Shown here: positions 28,809 through 38,792 of the stretch, piece after piece | How positions within the stretch are numbered: the first letter of the stretch is position 1 | Layout: the number at the start of each line of letters is the position of its first letter | Source of the DNA: Firmicutes bacterium UBA4845 | GTDB lineage: Bacteria > Bacillota > Clostridia > Tissierellales > Sedimentibacteraceae | Reading direction: 5' to 3' | DNA: 64,000 bases | Assembly (NCBI GenBank): GCA_002399975.1 | Contig: DHER01000114.1 | Location: 999 to 64,998, forward strand | The notes under the pieces: model-generated | The model's input: only the letters and a program-made list of their open reading frames with translations | The model's database searches: none | Told to the model about the DNA's origin: nothing | Made by a program: the position numbers and the translations under genes

Positions 28809-29909
28809 TTAATTATTTTTCCTGATTAGATCAGAGTTAGCTACTGAGAGTACTGCTAAAAATATGATGCAAATTATAACAGCAATCTGTCCATTGGCAG
28901 TAGACCCCTTTCCGCTTGATGCAAGAGAGAAATTGTGAGCTATGGCTGCACCTATTATCATTCCCAATACTGTAACGGTGGAGTCTGAATTTCCTTCTCC
29001 GGAAAGTATAAGCTGTCTTAATGGACAGCCGCCTAAAAGAACTGAACCCCAGCCGACTAAAAGCATTCCTAAAAAGTTCCACAATCCGTCTGTGTGGGAT
29101 ACAGGCTGCTCGGCAAATCCTAATTTGAAGTTTCCAAATGCCAAATTTCCTATTGCGGTAACAACAATGATAGTTAGGAAGCCCAACAGCAGGTAGTTTT
29201 GTTTAAACATTATTTTATCTCGTATGCCGCCTGCCATGCAAAGCCTGGTTTTTTGTGCTAAAATTCCGACGATTATTCCGCATATTAATGAAATTACAAT
29301 TGGAGCATGTTGGCTTCCCGGTCCTTCTTTGCTGAAAAATATAAAAGCAGGAGTAGTTACTAAAAGAATAAGAAGAACTATTGCCGTTATTGGCATCGTA
29401 TATCCGTCAAATGATGATGTTTTATAGTTTCTTTTAAGACTGAAACCCTTGTTTAAAAATATAATACCTACACCTATTCCGGCTATAAAACCTGCTAAAC
29501 CTACAATAGCGTTTAAATCTCCTCCGCCTATTCTAAGAATCATTCTTAGTGGGCAGCCAAGAAACATTAAAGCTCCTATCATTACTGCAATTCCAAGGAA
29601 AAACCTTGTTGCTGGTGAAGAGCCTCCTTTTGGCTGAAAATCTTTGCTTATTAAAGCAGCACCAAATGCACCTAAGATTATGCCTATAATCTCCGGCCTT
29701 ATATATTGTACTATTTCAGCTCTGTGAAATCCTAAAGCTCCGGCTGTGTCTCTTTCAAAACATGCAATACAAAATCCCATATTTTTAGGGTTTCCTAAAG
29801 CTACTAATATTAATGATATAATTCCTACCACAGCACCTGCAAAGATTATGCCTTTTTTGCTTTCAAAAAAAGATATCTTTTCTGTTTGCAAATTACTATC
29901 TTTTTCCAT
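28809..29909 (-). CDS. yedE: YedE-family putative selenium/sulfur transporter
   Basis: GNPKNMGFCIACF, GCPLR twice, RLCMAGGIRD. Confidence 0.85.
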   Translation of the reverse strand: MEKDSNLQTEKISFFESKKGIIFAGAVVGIISLILVALGNPKNMGFCIACFERDTAGALGFHRAEIVQYIRPEIIGIILGAFGAALISKDFQPKGGSSPATRFFLGIAVMIGALMFLGCPLRMILRIGGGDLNAIVGLAGFIAGIGVGIIFLNKGFSLKRNYKTSSFDGYTMPITAIVLLILLVTTPAFIFFSKEGPGSQHAPIVISLICGIIVGILAQKTRLCMAGGIRDKIMFKQNYLLLGFLTIIVVTAIGNLAFGNFKLGFAEQPVSHTDGLWNFLGMLLVGWGSVLLGGCPLRQLILSGEGNSDSTVTVLGMIIGAAIAHNFSLASSGKGSTANGQIAVIICIIFLAVLSVANSDLIRKNN

Positions 29910-30168
29910 TTTTTCCTCCTATGTTTTATAATTGTATTATATTTCACAAAAAACAATAAGTAAAATAAAAAAAAGTTTTAACCAACAACTTTGATATAAT
30001 AAATATTCATATAATAATAGAATCACGAAAAATCACAATATTTTGGGGAATAACGTACATTAATAATTGCTTTATTTTAAATCTGGTTATATACTGACAT
30101 AGGTAGGTCGATGCAGTGTACTGCCGAAGTAATACCACAATATAATTATCTAGAAATATGGAGGAATT

Positions 30169-30459
30169 ATGAAAGCTTATGATTTAATAAATAAAAAGGA
30201 AATAGATGTGACGTATGACAGCCTTGTAGAACTTATGAGAAATAACAGGCAAGTTGATTTAATACTTTCTGATAAGAAAACTGACGCAGACGGATATTTG
30301 ACTTGGGATGCTGAACATTGGACACTTGTTAAGGAAAATAGATTTATGAGATGTTATTCATTGGGAGATAGGCAGCTTAGAGATTTTACTTATCACAATG
30401 TATATGATCTAAAAAATGATTTTAAACCTGAGGAAGCAAAGGAAATTCAAATAAATTAA
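30169..30459 (+). CDS. hypothetical protein (96 aa)
   Basis: GGAGG SD, ordinary composition, stand-alone; no motif recognised. Confidence 0.65.
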   Translation: MKAYDLINKKEIDVTYDSLVELMRNNRQVDLILSDKKTDADGYLTWDAEHWTLVKENRFMRCYSLGDRQLRDFTYHNVYDLKNDFKPEEAKEIQIN

Positions 30460-30565
30460 TTTTGAAAATAATGTCGCTTCAAATTTGAAGTAAAAATTAA
30501 GATTGGCAAAGGAGCAATCAGCTTTCTGTGCCAATCTTTTATATTAAGTTAATACTGTAATGTCA

Positions 30566-32548
30566 TTAGCTTACAATTTTATAGTATACTTTTGCGGTCA
30601 TAGCGTATACCACTGTGTAAAGGACTGCAAATATAAAAATTGTTATAGCCGTACACTGGGCAAACAGAAGGACATTTGTCAGGTTTAAAGCAGCCAGCAG
30701 TTTTGTTATAACATTGAAAGCAACAGTTATATGAATTACTGCTGATAAAAGTGGTATGAAAAACACAGTAAGAACCTGGCTTTTAACGGCCTTTTTTATT
30801 TCTGTCAAGCTCATTCCCACATTCTGCATTATTTCAAAGCGCTTTTTGTCATCATAGCCTTCGGCTATTTGTTTATAATATATAATAAGTACTGTTGCCA
30901 TTATAAACAAAAGGCCCAGGAATATACCTAAAAACAACAGGGAACCATATATGGAATAGAAAGATGATCTTGAATTTTCCACACATTCGATATATATTCC
31001 TTCAGCTGTTTCAAAATCACCTATATTTATTGACATATTATATACAAGATCTATCTTAGACTGGCTGTCGGTGTTTGCATCAAAGCCGTAGTAATACGAA
31101 AGTTCCTTGGCCTGCTTTTCGCCGGTAAGGGAGGTGTAGACATTATCGATAGTACTCTTGTCTTTTGCTACTACGTAGTAACTTTTTGTCAAATTTTCAG
31201 ATGGTAAATTGAGCGAATTTATATGTTTTTTTATCGAAAGCTTAAAGCCGTTAAAATTTAAAATGTCTTCAGGTATGCTGCCGTTACTTTCGTACAGAAG
31301 GGCTTCATTTTCTGATAAAGATACATCTTCATTATTTAACCTGTTGTAATCATCTTGTGTAATGAAGATTAGGGTCGCCATATTTGAAACCTGGTTTGAA
31401 TCCCACATAGGGTTAGTTGTGAAAGTGGAACCGTCCTGAATTACTCCAAAGTTCATATTGCGGAAATGGATAATATTTTCTTGGGAAATATCTGATTCCC
31501 TGGTTTGTTTCTCAATAAGTTCATCTATTTTTTCAGCTTCAGCATCTGTTATATCTGCTGCAGTGACAATTATATTTCGCGGATAGCGGCTGCGCAGAAC
31601 ATCCTCCATTCCGGCATAAAGTGAAATTGTAGTTGAAATCATTATAATGACGGCTGTTGAAAGGATACATATGCTGGCAAGCCCGGCGGCATTCTGCTTC
31701 ATTCGGTAAATCATGCCTGAAACAGAAATAAAATGATTAGGCTTATAGTAATAACTTTTGTTCTTGCGGAGTGTTTTTAAAAAAGCTATACTTCCTGAAG
31801 TGAATAGGCAGTATGTTCCTATTATCACTAGTACCACGGCAGTGAAAAACAATGTTAATGCTTCAAGCGGGGACTTTGTTGTTATTGCAATGTAATATCC
31901 TGTGCCCAGGCACACTGCACCGATAATTGTTATAATATGTTTTGTTTTCGGTTCTTTTTCTCCTGCGTTTCCGCTCCTTAACAGTTCAATGGGATTAGAT
32001 ACATGTACTTGGAGAACATTATAAACAAGATTTATCATAAATATAGCGCTGAAGAGACATATGGTAATTCCTACAGATCTTATAGGGACTTCAAATCCAA
32101 ATGTGACTTTAAATGATATTAATTTGAAAAGCAGCAGAATCATGAGTTTGCTGAGAAGTATGCCGGACAGTAATCCTGCCGTGAGGCTTATTAAAGAGGT
32201 AAAAACAGTTTCATAAAACATTATTTTACCTATATGTTTTTTCTCCATTCCAAGTATGTTGAAAAGCCCAAATTCTTTTTTCCTTTTTTTAATTAAAAAA
32301 CTGTTTGTATAAAATAGAAATATTAAAGAAAAAATTGCAATAACTGCTGATCCCATCCATAAAATACTTCTTAGCGTTGCACTGTCACTCATACTGCCTA
32401 TATCCTTGGCTGAATTAAGGAATGACATGGTGTAGAACATAGCAATTGTGCCTATTGAAGTAAGTATATATGGAATATATGCCTTGGAATTCTTTTTTAT
32501 ATTATTTAATGCCAGCTTATGATAAAAGAACCTATTCATTTCTTTCAC
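30566..32548 (-). CDS. BceB/FtsX-like peptide-resistance ABC permease
   Basis: YTNSFLIKKRKKEFGLFNILGM; large extracellular loop; 10-TM layout. Confidence 0.9.
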   Translation of the reverse strand: MKEMNRFFYHKLALNNIKKNSKAYIPYILTSIGTIAMFYTMSFLNSAKDIGSMSDSATLRSILWMGSAVIAIFSLIFLFYTNSFLIKKRKKEFGLFNILGMEKKHIGKIMFYETVFTSLISLTAGLLSGILLSKLMILLLFKLISFKVTFGFEVPIRSVGITICLFSAIFMINLVYNVLQVHVSNPIELLRSGNAGEKEPKTKHIITIIGAVCLGTGYYIAITTKSPLEALTLFFTAVVLVIIGTYCLFTSGSIAFLKTLRKNKSYYYKPNHFISVSGMIYRMKQNAAGLASICILSTAVIIMISTTISLYAGMEDVLRSRYPRNIIVTAADITDAEAEKIDELIEKQTRESDISQENIIHFRNMNFGVIQDGSTFTTNPMWDSNQVSNMATLIFITQDDYNRLNNEDVSLSENEALLYESNGSIPEDILNFNGFKLSIKKHINSLNLPSENLTKSYYVVAKDKSTIDNVYTSLTGEKQAKELSYYYGFDANTDSQSKIDLVYNMSINIGDFETAEGIYIECVENSRSSFYSIYGSLLFLGIFLGLLFIMATVLIIYYKQIAEGYDDKKRFEIMQNVGMSLTEIKKAVKSQVLTVFFIPLLSAVIHITVAFNVITKLLAALNLTNVLLFAQCTAITIFIFAVLYTVVYAMTAKVYYKIVS

Positions 32549-33299
32549 CGCCTGTTGCTATTATTGTAAGGGTATCTGAAATTTTCTGATAAAACTCGTC
32601 GTTGGACCCAGAAGCTTTATACAGCTGATGGTATATGCATCCGTCCTTTATAAACAGCACCCGATTAGCATGGCAGGCCGCTTTTACACTGTGGGTAACC
32701 ATAAGTATTGTTTGCCCGCTATTGTTGATTTTACCGAAAATTCTCAATACTTCGTCTGAAGATCGGGAATCCAGGGAGCCTGTGGGTTCATCGGCAAGTA
32801 TTATACTGGGATGTGTAATCAAAGCTCGAGCAATTGCCGTTCTTTGTTTTTGTCCTCCTGAAATTTCATATGGATATTTTTCCAGTATGTTTGTAATTTC
32901 AAGCCTGTTTGAAACAGGTTTCAGCCTTTTATTCATTTCTTCATAGGTTTTCCCTGCAAGGACAAGCGGCAGAAATATATTATCTTGAACAGAAAATGTG
33001 TCCAATAGATTGTAGTCCTGAAACACAAAGCCAAGATTGTCTCTTCTGAAGGAGGAAATTTCTTTTTCTCCGATTGATACTATATTTTTACCGCCCAGTA
33101 TTATCTCTCCATCAGTAGGTTTGTCCAGAGCTGCAAGAATATTTAGCAGTGTTGTTTTTCCCGAGCCGGATTCTCCCATAATTGCTGTATATTCTCCCTG
33201 TTCTATAGAAAACGATATGTTTGAAAGGGCCTGGACAGCATTTCCTCCAAAGCGCGTAGTATATATTTTTTTTAAGTTGTTAACTTCTAAAAGTGCCAT
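32532..33299 (-). CDS. BceA-like ABC ATPase
   Basis: GESGSGKTT, ISGGQKQR, ADEPTGSLD. Confidence 0.92.
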   Translation of the reverse strand: MALLEVNNLKKIYTTRFGGNAVQALSNISFSIEQGEYTAIMGESGSGKTTLLNILAALDKPTDGEIILGGKNIVSIGEKEISSFRRDNLGFVFQDYNLLDTFSVQDNIFLPLVLAGKTYEEMNKRLKPVSNRLEITNILEKYPYEISGGQKQRTAIARALITHPSIILADEPTGSLDSRSSDEVLRIFGKINNSGQTILMVTHSVKAACHANRVLFIKDGCIYHQLYKASGSNDEFYQKISDTLTIIATGGERNE

Positions 33300-33386
33300 T
33301 TCTGTTACCTCCTGTTTTCCTTTTGTTTATGATAACAAAAAGAAAAGCGGCATACCATAACTTTTGCTTACACTTCTATATTCAGT

Positions 33387-33402
33387 CTTACATTTTGGTA
33401 AG
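33387..33402. promoter_or_regulatory. BceR-type response regulator box
   Basis: CTTACATTTTGGTAAG, resembling TnACA-N4-TGTAA, with a second CTTACA 20 bp away, between the kinase and ATPase genes. Confidence 0.6.
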
Positions 33403-33405
33403 TTT

Positions 33406-34419
33406 CTATTCAGAAGATATGTTTTTAACATCAAGGCCGATTTTGACCTTTGTACCTTTTTCTTCTTCTGATTCAATTTTAATAGTATGTGAAATTTTTG
33501 TTAAAATTTCTTTGCACAGGAAAAGCCCTATCCCTGTAGACTTTTTATCAATTCTGCCGTTATAACCGGTAAAACCTTTCTCGAATACTCTGGGCAAATC
33601 CTCCTGTTTGATGCCTATGCCATTATCTTCTATAACTAACGTACAAGGCAGAATTTTGTCCATGTAAATAGAGATGCAGCCTGAACTTTCTGTTGTATAT
33701 TTAAGGGCATTTGACAGTATCTGCTCCAGTACAAAAGTGAGCCACTTTTCGTCGGTCAGCACATGGATATTTAGAGCTGCATAATTAAGTGTTATTTTTC
33801 TGCGGATAAATGTCTTGGAATATTTTTTTACAGCATGTTTAACTATATGGTCAAGAGAGCATTTTTTAAATGCAAGGTCGTTGCTTATATTTTTCAGCCG
33901 CAGGTACTGGAGTGCCATTTCCACATATTGTTCTGTCTTGAAAAGCTGCTCTAAAAGTTCGCTGTTTGTTTCTGACTTTTCAGATTGCAAAATTAATCTC
34001 ATGGCTGCGATGGGAGTCTTGATTTGATGAGCCCAGATAGTATAATAATCAATCATGTCCCAATAAGATTTATTTTTTTCATTAATAATATAAGTCCTGC
34101 TTTTTTCAATTTCTTTAATTAATTCCTGGTAATCTTGTTCTATTACATTTGTAGTGTTGAAAAATTCAAAATTTATAGACATAATGTGGTTTTTTAATTT
34201 TATGAGTTCCCTGTGGCGCCTGTAGAAGGATATAAATTTAAATGTTTCTGCTGTTAGTGCAGCAATAGTGCAAAGAACTGCAGCATAGCCCACAACTTCC
34301 GTAGGAATTGAATATAGGTAAAAAACAGTCAGAAAAATGCATAATGAGGTTATTCCCATAAGAATGGCAACCACATTTTGTTTTAAATAAGAAAAAAAAA
34401 TCCTTAAAAATTCATTCAT
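33406..34419 (-). CDS. BceS/GraS-like intramembrane-sensing histidine kinase
   Basis: Two N-terminal TMs without an extracellular domain, WAHQIKTP, EQILSNALKY, DNGIGI, GFTG. Confidence 0.92.
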   Translation of the reverse strand: MNEFLRIFFSYLKQNVVAILMGITSLCIFLTVFYLYSIPTEVVGYAAVLCTIAALTAETFKFISFYRRHRELIKLKNHIMSINFEFFNTTNVIEQDYQELIKEIEKSRTYIINEKNKSYWDMIDYYTIWAHQIKTPIAAMRLILQSEKSETNSELLEQLFKTEQYVEMALQYLRLKNISNDLAFKKCSLDHIVKHAVKKYSKTFIRRKITLNYAALNIHVLTDEKWLTFVLEQILSNALKYTTESSGCISIYMDKILPCTLVIEDNGIGIKQEDLPRVFEKGFTGYNGRIDKKSTGIGLFLCKEILTKISHTIKIESEEEKGTKVKIGLDVKNISSE

Positions 34420-34420
34420 G

Positions 34421-35092
34421 CTATTCCACCATATATCCCATACCTTTTTTGGTTATAATAAAATCTTCAAGTCCCAGTTCAGAAAGTTTTTTACGCAAGC
34501 GGGTCATGTTAACCGTCAGAGTATTGTCATCAATAAACTGATCGCTGTCCCAAAGACGCTGCATAATTTCTTCTCTGGAAACAACCTTACCTGCATTTTC
34601 CATTAGAAGCTGCATTATTTTATAATCATTTTTTGTCAAATCTGCTCTTTGATTTTTGTACGTGAGGGTGGCATCATTTAAGTTCAAGACAACGTCTTTA
34701 TCCTGTATTACATTTATCTGGCTGTGCAATGAGTATGTTCTTCGTATGAGAGCTCTCAGCTTTGCAGTTAAAACATTCAGGTCAAAAGGTTTTGAGATAA
34801 AGTCATCTCCGCCCATATTCATTGCCATGACTATGTTCATATTGTCACCGGCAGATGATATAAACATAACAGGGACGTTTGATACTTTGCGTATTTCTCC
34901 ACACCAATAGAAACCGTTGAAAAACGGCAAAATTACATCCAGAAGTACGATGTGAGGTTTGAATTTATTGAATTCACCCATGACATTCTTAAAATTTGTG
35001 GCATAGATAATGTCGTAATTCCACTTGGATAAATGTTCTTTTAAGGTTTTGGCAATTGTCATATCATCTTCTATAATCATGATTTTGTACAT
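34421..35092 (-). CDS. OmpR-family (BceR/GraR-like) response regulator
   Basis: IIEDD, LLDVILP, GGDDFISKPF, winged helix; ATG 35092 after GGAGG. Confidence 0.92.
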   Translation of the reverse strand: MYKIMIIEDDMTIAKTLKEHLSKWNYDIIYATNFKNVMGEFNKFKPHIVLLDVILPFFNGFYWCGEIRKVSNVPVMFISSAGDNMNIVMAMNMGGDDFISKPFDLNVLTAKLRALIRRTYSLHSQINVIQDKDVVLNLNDATLTYKNQRADLTKNDYKIMQLLMENAGKVVSREEIMQRLWDSDQFIDDNTLTVNMTRLRKKLSELGLEDFIITKKGMGYMVE

Positions 35093-35401
35093 TGATTCCT
35101 CCGTAGGGACGGTTTTTAACAATTAATTATTGTCAATATTATATTTTTATTATACACGCCGCTTTATAAAATTCCAAGGCTATAACTGTAAAAAGCATAT
35201 TCAACGCTGCTGTTTAAAGATGAATAAAAAATACTTACTATTTTAATAATATTAGCAGTATATTTGGCAAATAATATACTACATGGTATTAATCGTATAA
35301 TTTAGGATAAGTTTTTTTATATGGGGAATTATATGAACTTATAAATGTATGACAATTTTTTTATTAAATATTAAATTGCATATAATTATTTAGGTGGACT
35401 T

Positions 35402-36097
35402 ATGAGGAAAATAGTAATAATACCGGCATATAATGAGCAAAATAACATTATTGAGGTTGTTGACGATATCAAGAAAAATGCTCCGAGTTTTGATTATGTT
35501 ATTATTAACGACGGTTCAACGGACGATACAATTGACTTGTGCAGAAGGGAAAGTTTCAACACAATTGATCTGCCTGTAAATTTGGGCATCGGCGGAAGCG
35601 TTCAGACAGGATATATTTATGCACTGGAAAATGGTTATGATGTAGCTGTACAATTTGACGGGGACGGTCAGCATGAAGCGAAGTATCTTGAAAAAATGTA
35701 TGATGAAATGATTAGGACCGGCAGTGATATGGTTATTGGTTCAAGGTATTTGTCAAAGAACGGATTTCAGTCTACAACTTTGAGAAGGTTTGGGACCGGT
35801 TTTTTGTCTTTATTGATTAAAATTTTGCATAAACAGCAAATCAGGGATGTTACGTCAGGACTTAGGATGGTAAATAAAAAGCTGCTTACAGCCTTTTCAG
35901 AAAATTATCCATATGACTATCCGGAACCTGAGACCGTTGCTTTTTGTATGCGGAAAAAATTCAAGATAACGGAAGTGCCGGTGACTATGCGGCCCAGGGG
36001 AAAAGGATGTTCTTCTATTGGCAGCATACAGTCTGTTTATTATATGTTTAAAGTCAGCTTTTCAATCATTATTGATTATTTTAATCGATTAGACTGA
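35402..36097 (+). CDS. GT2 polyprenol-phosphate glycosyltransferase (DPM synthase/GacI-like)
   Basis: IPAYNE, INDGSTD, FDGDGQH, DVTSGLR, YPEPE. Confidence 0.88.
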   Translation: MRKIVIIPAYNEQNNIIEVVDDIKKNAPSFDYVIINDGSTDDTIDLCRRESFNTIDLPVNLGIGGSVQTGYIYALENGYDVAVQFDGDGQHEAKYLEKMYDEMIRTGSDMVIGSRYLSKNGFQSTTLRRFGTGFLSLLIKILHKQQIRDVTSGLRMVNKKLLTAFSENYPYDYPEPETVAFCMRKKFKITEVPVTMRPRGKGCSSIGSIQSVYYMFKVSFSIIIDYFNRLD

Positions 36098-36105
36098 GAA
36101 AAGAG

Positions 36106-36474
36106 GTGATGAATATGCTGACACAAGTATGGATCGTTATTATATCGGCTTGTATAATAATTTATTTATTTGAGAAAATACGCAGTCAAAAATACAGCGT
36201 TAAATTTTCGATGCCATGGTTTTTTTCATTTCTAACTATAGTAATATTGGTGATTTTCCCTGAATTAATTAACGATATTGCTAAGATACTTGGAATAAAA
36301 GAAACTACAAACGCCATATTTTTTATTACCATATGTATTCTTGTAAGCAACATTATCAATCTTTCATTTTCAATGTCTGAAGCTAAGAAGCAGTCAATCA
36401 GGATGGTACAGGAAATTGCACTTTTAAAAAATGAAATTTCGAATAACAACAATAAAATAGAAGGTGAGCAATGA
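36106..36474 (+). CDS. DUF2304-family small membrane protein (GacJ-like)
   Basis: Three TMs with FPE..LGI and C-terminal QEIALL; directly follows the GT2 gene. Confidence 0.75.
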   Translation: MMNMLTQVWIVIISACIIIYLFEKIRSQKYSVKFSMPWFFSFLTIVILVIFPELINDIAKILGIKETTNAIFFITICILVSNIINLSFSMSEAKKQSIRMVQEIALLKNEISNNNNKIEGEQ

Positions 36475-38291
36475 AATTGTCGTCAAGAAGCAAAGCTACA
36501 GGCTGTATTATATGGATTTTATATTCCAACATATTGATTTATTCCTCCTTTTATTATAACTGGAGACAACAGCTTATTCAACGTGACGCAGTTGTTGCTT
36601 CGTTTATTTTGGCTGCTGCCGTGGTAGCTGTTATATGGATGAATATATGCAAAGGTACTGAAAGTACATATACACTAAGATTAATTAAAGCCCATCCCGG
36701 CAGGTTAATATTTGTTGTTTTATGCGGAATATGTGTCAGTTTTTTTTACTTCGGAAAGTCATTTTTATATGAAAATACAGGTTATTGGATTACTTTAGGT
36801 AAATTTCATTATTTTTTGATGCTTTCTGTATCAGTGTTCATATATGTGCTTTTATCTTTAAGTGTGTTGGATATGTTTAAAGAAAGCATAAAGATTAAAA
36901 CATATTCAAGTACAGGCCTTAGTCTTAGAGCGCATTATTTTATTTTGTTTGTTATGCAATTTGAAATACTGTGTATTTATTTTTACGGACTGAATCCGGG
37001 GAATATGTCCTATGATACATATAACCAGGTAAGTCAGCTTAAAGGAATTATTCCCTTTAATACATGGCATCCCATAGGGCACACCCTCTTGCTGGGGATT
37101 TTATTAAAGATTTGGGATAATTATGCGGTTATAACAATTTTCCAAATTATTTTTTTTGCTGCAGTCACATCTTCGTTTTATATAACTCTTCTCAAGAACG
37201 GGATAAAATGGCAGATGGTATATGTTACAGCGGTTATAATGAGCGCAATTCCTTCAATAGGTGTAAATGTTGTAACCCAGTGGAAAGATATACCATTTAC
37301 GGTGGGGCTTTTGTGGGGAACGCTCATATTATTTAAAATAAGTTTTGATGAGAATTATTTTGATAGGCCGGTCCATATTTTTGAATTTATTTTTTGCATG
37401 CTTTCAATAGCTCTTTTACGCTTTAACGGAATACCTGTATTTTTAGCAGTATTTGTTTTTGTATTTGCATATGTAATTAAAAGCCGGGATAAAATAAAAA
37501 AAAGAAATTGTTTTATTTCATCAGCGGTGGTAATTACAGTCTTTTTTTTGGTGAATAGTGTAGTACCTAATAAATTAGAAGCGGTACCTAATCCTGCCGG
37601 TATGAAACTTAGGCCTGTATATCAGGGTTTGGCGGCGTTGTATGTCTGCGGAGAAGAAAATTCTCTCAGTCATGAAAGCAGGAATATGATAGAATCCGTT
37701 TGTACACCTGAGCAAATTAAGGATTACTACAATCCATACTTTGCCGATACAATTTCAAGCAACACACCCCAGTTTTTAGTGAAACTTTCAAAAATAAAAA
37801 CACGTAATGCTTTAAAAATGTATATTGAAGCGATCAATTCTCATCCAGGGATAGTGTTGGGAGACAAGTTTAATCTTGCAGTCACAATGTGGTCTGTAAC
37901 TAATGATCGTTTCAGTTACAATAATGCATATACTACTGCAATACAGCAGGAAATGGCCGACCAATTCGGGGTTCATAGAATAAGAAATACAATGACGGGT
38001 GCAGTAGAAAAATTAGCTGGAGACACTTTTTCTGAAAATTATTTATTAAATACATTGGTATGGAGGCCCGGATTTTTTCTGGCACTGGAACTTATACTTT
38101 TTCTTTATTTAATAATACTTAGGGATAAACGGCTGAGTTTGTTTATACCTTTGGTGTTCAATGCTTTTACAGTATTCTTGACAATGCCTGCCCAGGACTA
38201 CAGGTACCTGTGGTTTATACAGGTTATATTTCCGTTTTTAGTACTGGCATGTTCAGTTAAATTACCTAATGAAAACGCAGAGGAGAAATAG
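36471..38291 (+). CDS. polytopic membrane protein, putative GT-C glycosyltransferase
   Basis: PGNMSYDTYNQ loop, WHPIGHT, WKDIPF, QDYRY; many TMs. Confidence 0.6.
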   Translation: MKLSSRSKATGCIIWILYSNILIYSSFYYNWRQQLIQRDAVVASFILAAAVVAVIWMNICKGTESTYTLRLIKAHPGRLIFVVLCGICVSFFYFGKSFLYENTGYWITLGKFHYFLMLSVSVFIYVLLSLSVLDMFKESIKIKTYSSTGLSLRAHYFILFVMQFEILCIYFYGLNPGNMSYDTYNQVSQLKGIIPFNTWHPIGHTLLLGILLKIWDNYAVITIFQIIFFAAVTSSFYITLLKNGIKWQMVYVTAVIMSAIPSIGVNVVTQWKDIPFTVGLLWGTLILFKISFDENYFDRPVHIFEFIFCMLSIALLRFNGIPVFLAVFVFVFAYVIKSRDKIKKRNCFISSAVVITVFFLVNSVVPNKLEAVPNPAGMKLRPVYQGLAALYVCGEENSLSHESRNMIESVCTPEQIKDYYNPYFADTISSNTPQFLVKLSKIKTRNALKMYIEAINSHPGIVLGDKFNLAVTMWSVTNDRFSYNNAYTTAIQQEMADQFGVHRIRNTMTGAVEKLAGDTFSENYLLNTLVWRPGFFLALELILFLYLIILRDKRLSLFIPLVFNAFTVFLTMPAQDYRYLWFIQVIFPFLVLACSVKLPNENAEEK

Positions 38292-38293
38292 TC

Positions 38294-38638
38294 ATGTCTA
38301 ATTTTATCGCATATATTTTTTTTACGGTAACAGGGCTTTTCATGATGAAATTTTCAGGCTGTCCTATTGAATTTGGATTAAATAAAGGATTTTTTTATTT
38401 TAATATAAGCTTGAAGATGGCATCTGCCATGTTATTTTATCTAATCAGTTTCCTTTTATGGACAGGGATAGTTGCAAAAAATGATTTAAGCTACATTGTT
38501 CCGTTTTCATCGGCAATAGTGAATATACTTTCTGTAGGGATGGGAATATTTATTTTTCATGAACCTGTCAATATATATAAGGCAGTAGGTCTTACAATGG
38601 CTATACTTGGTGTTGCTCTCATGAACTTTTCAAATTGA
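38294..38638 (+). CDS. small 4-TM EamA/SMR-like protein (possible lipid-sugar flippase)
   Basis: DLSYIVPFS, FHEPVN..K.VG, typical of ArnE/EamA-like proteins. Confidence 0.65.
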   Translation: MSNFIAYIFFTVTGLFMMKFSGCPIEFGLNKGFFYFNISLKMASAMLFYLISFLLWTGIVAKNDLSYIVPFSSAIVNILSVGMGIFIFHEPVNIYKAVGLTMAILGVALMNFSN

Positions 38639-38792
38639 GAGAATCACATTAACTGAAAGTGTGTTATTTCGTAAATAATTTGATTTTTAGCTTGCATAAA
38701 GGTATAATATATGTAATTAATTATCTAAATTGTTAAATGTCCGCAGTTTTGCCTATAGGTTTTTGTCTAAAAAATTGGGGGTGATTTATTTT

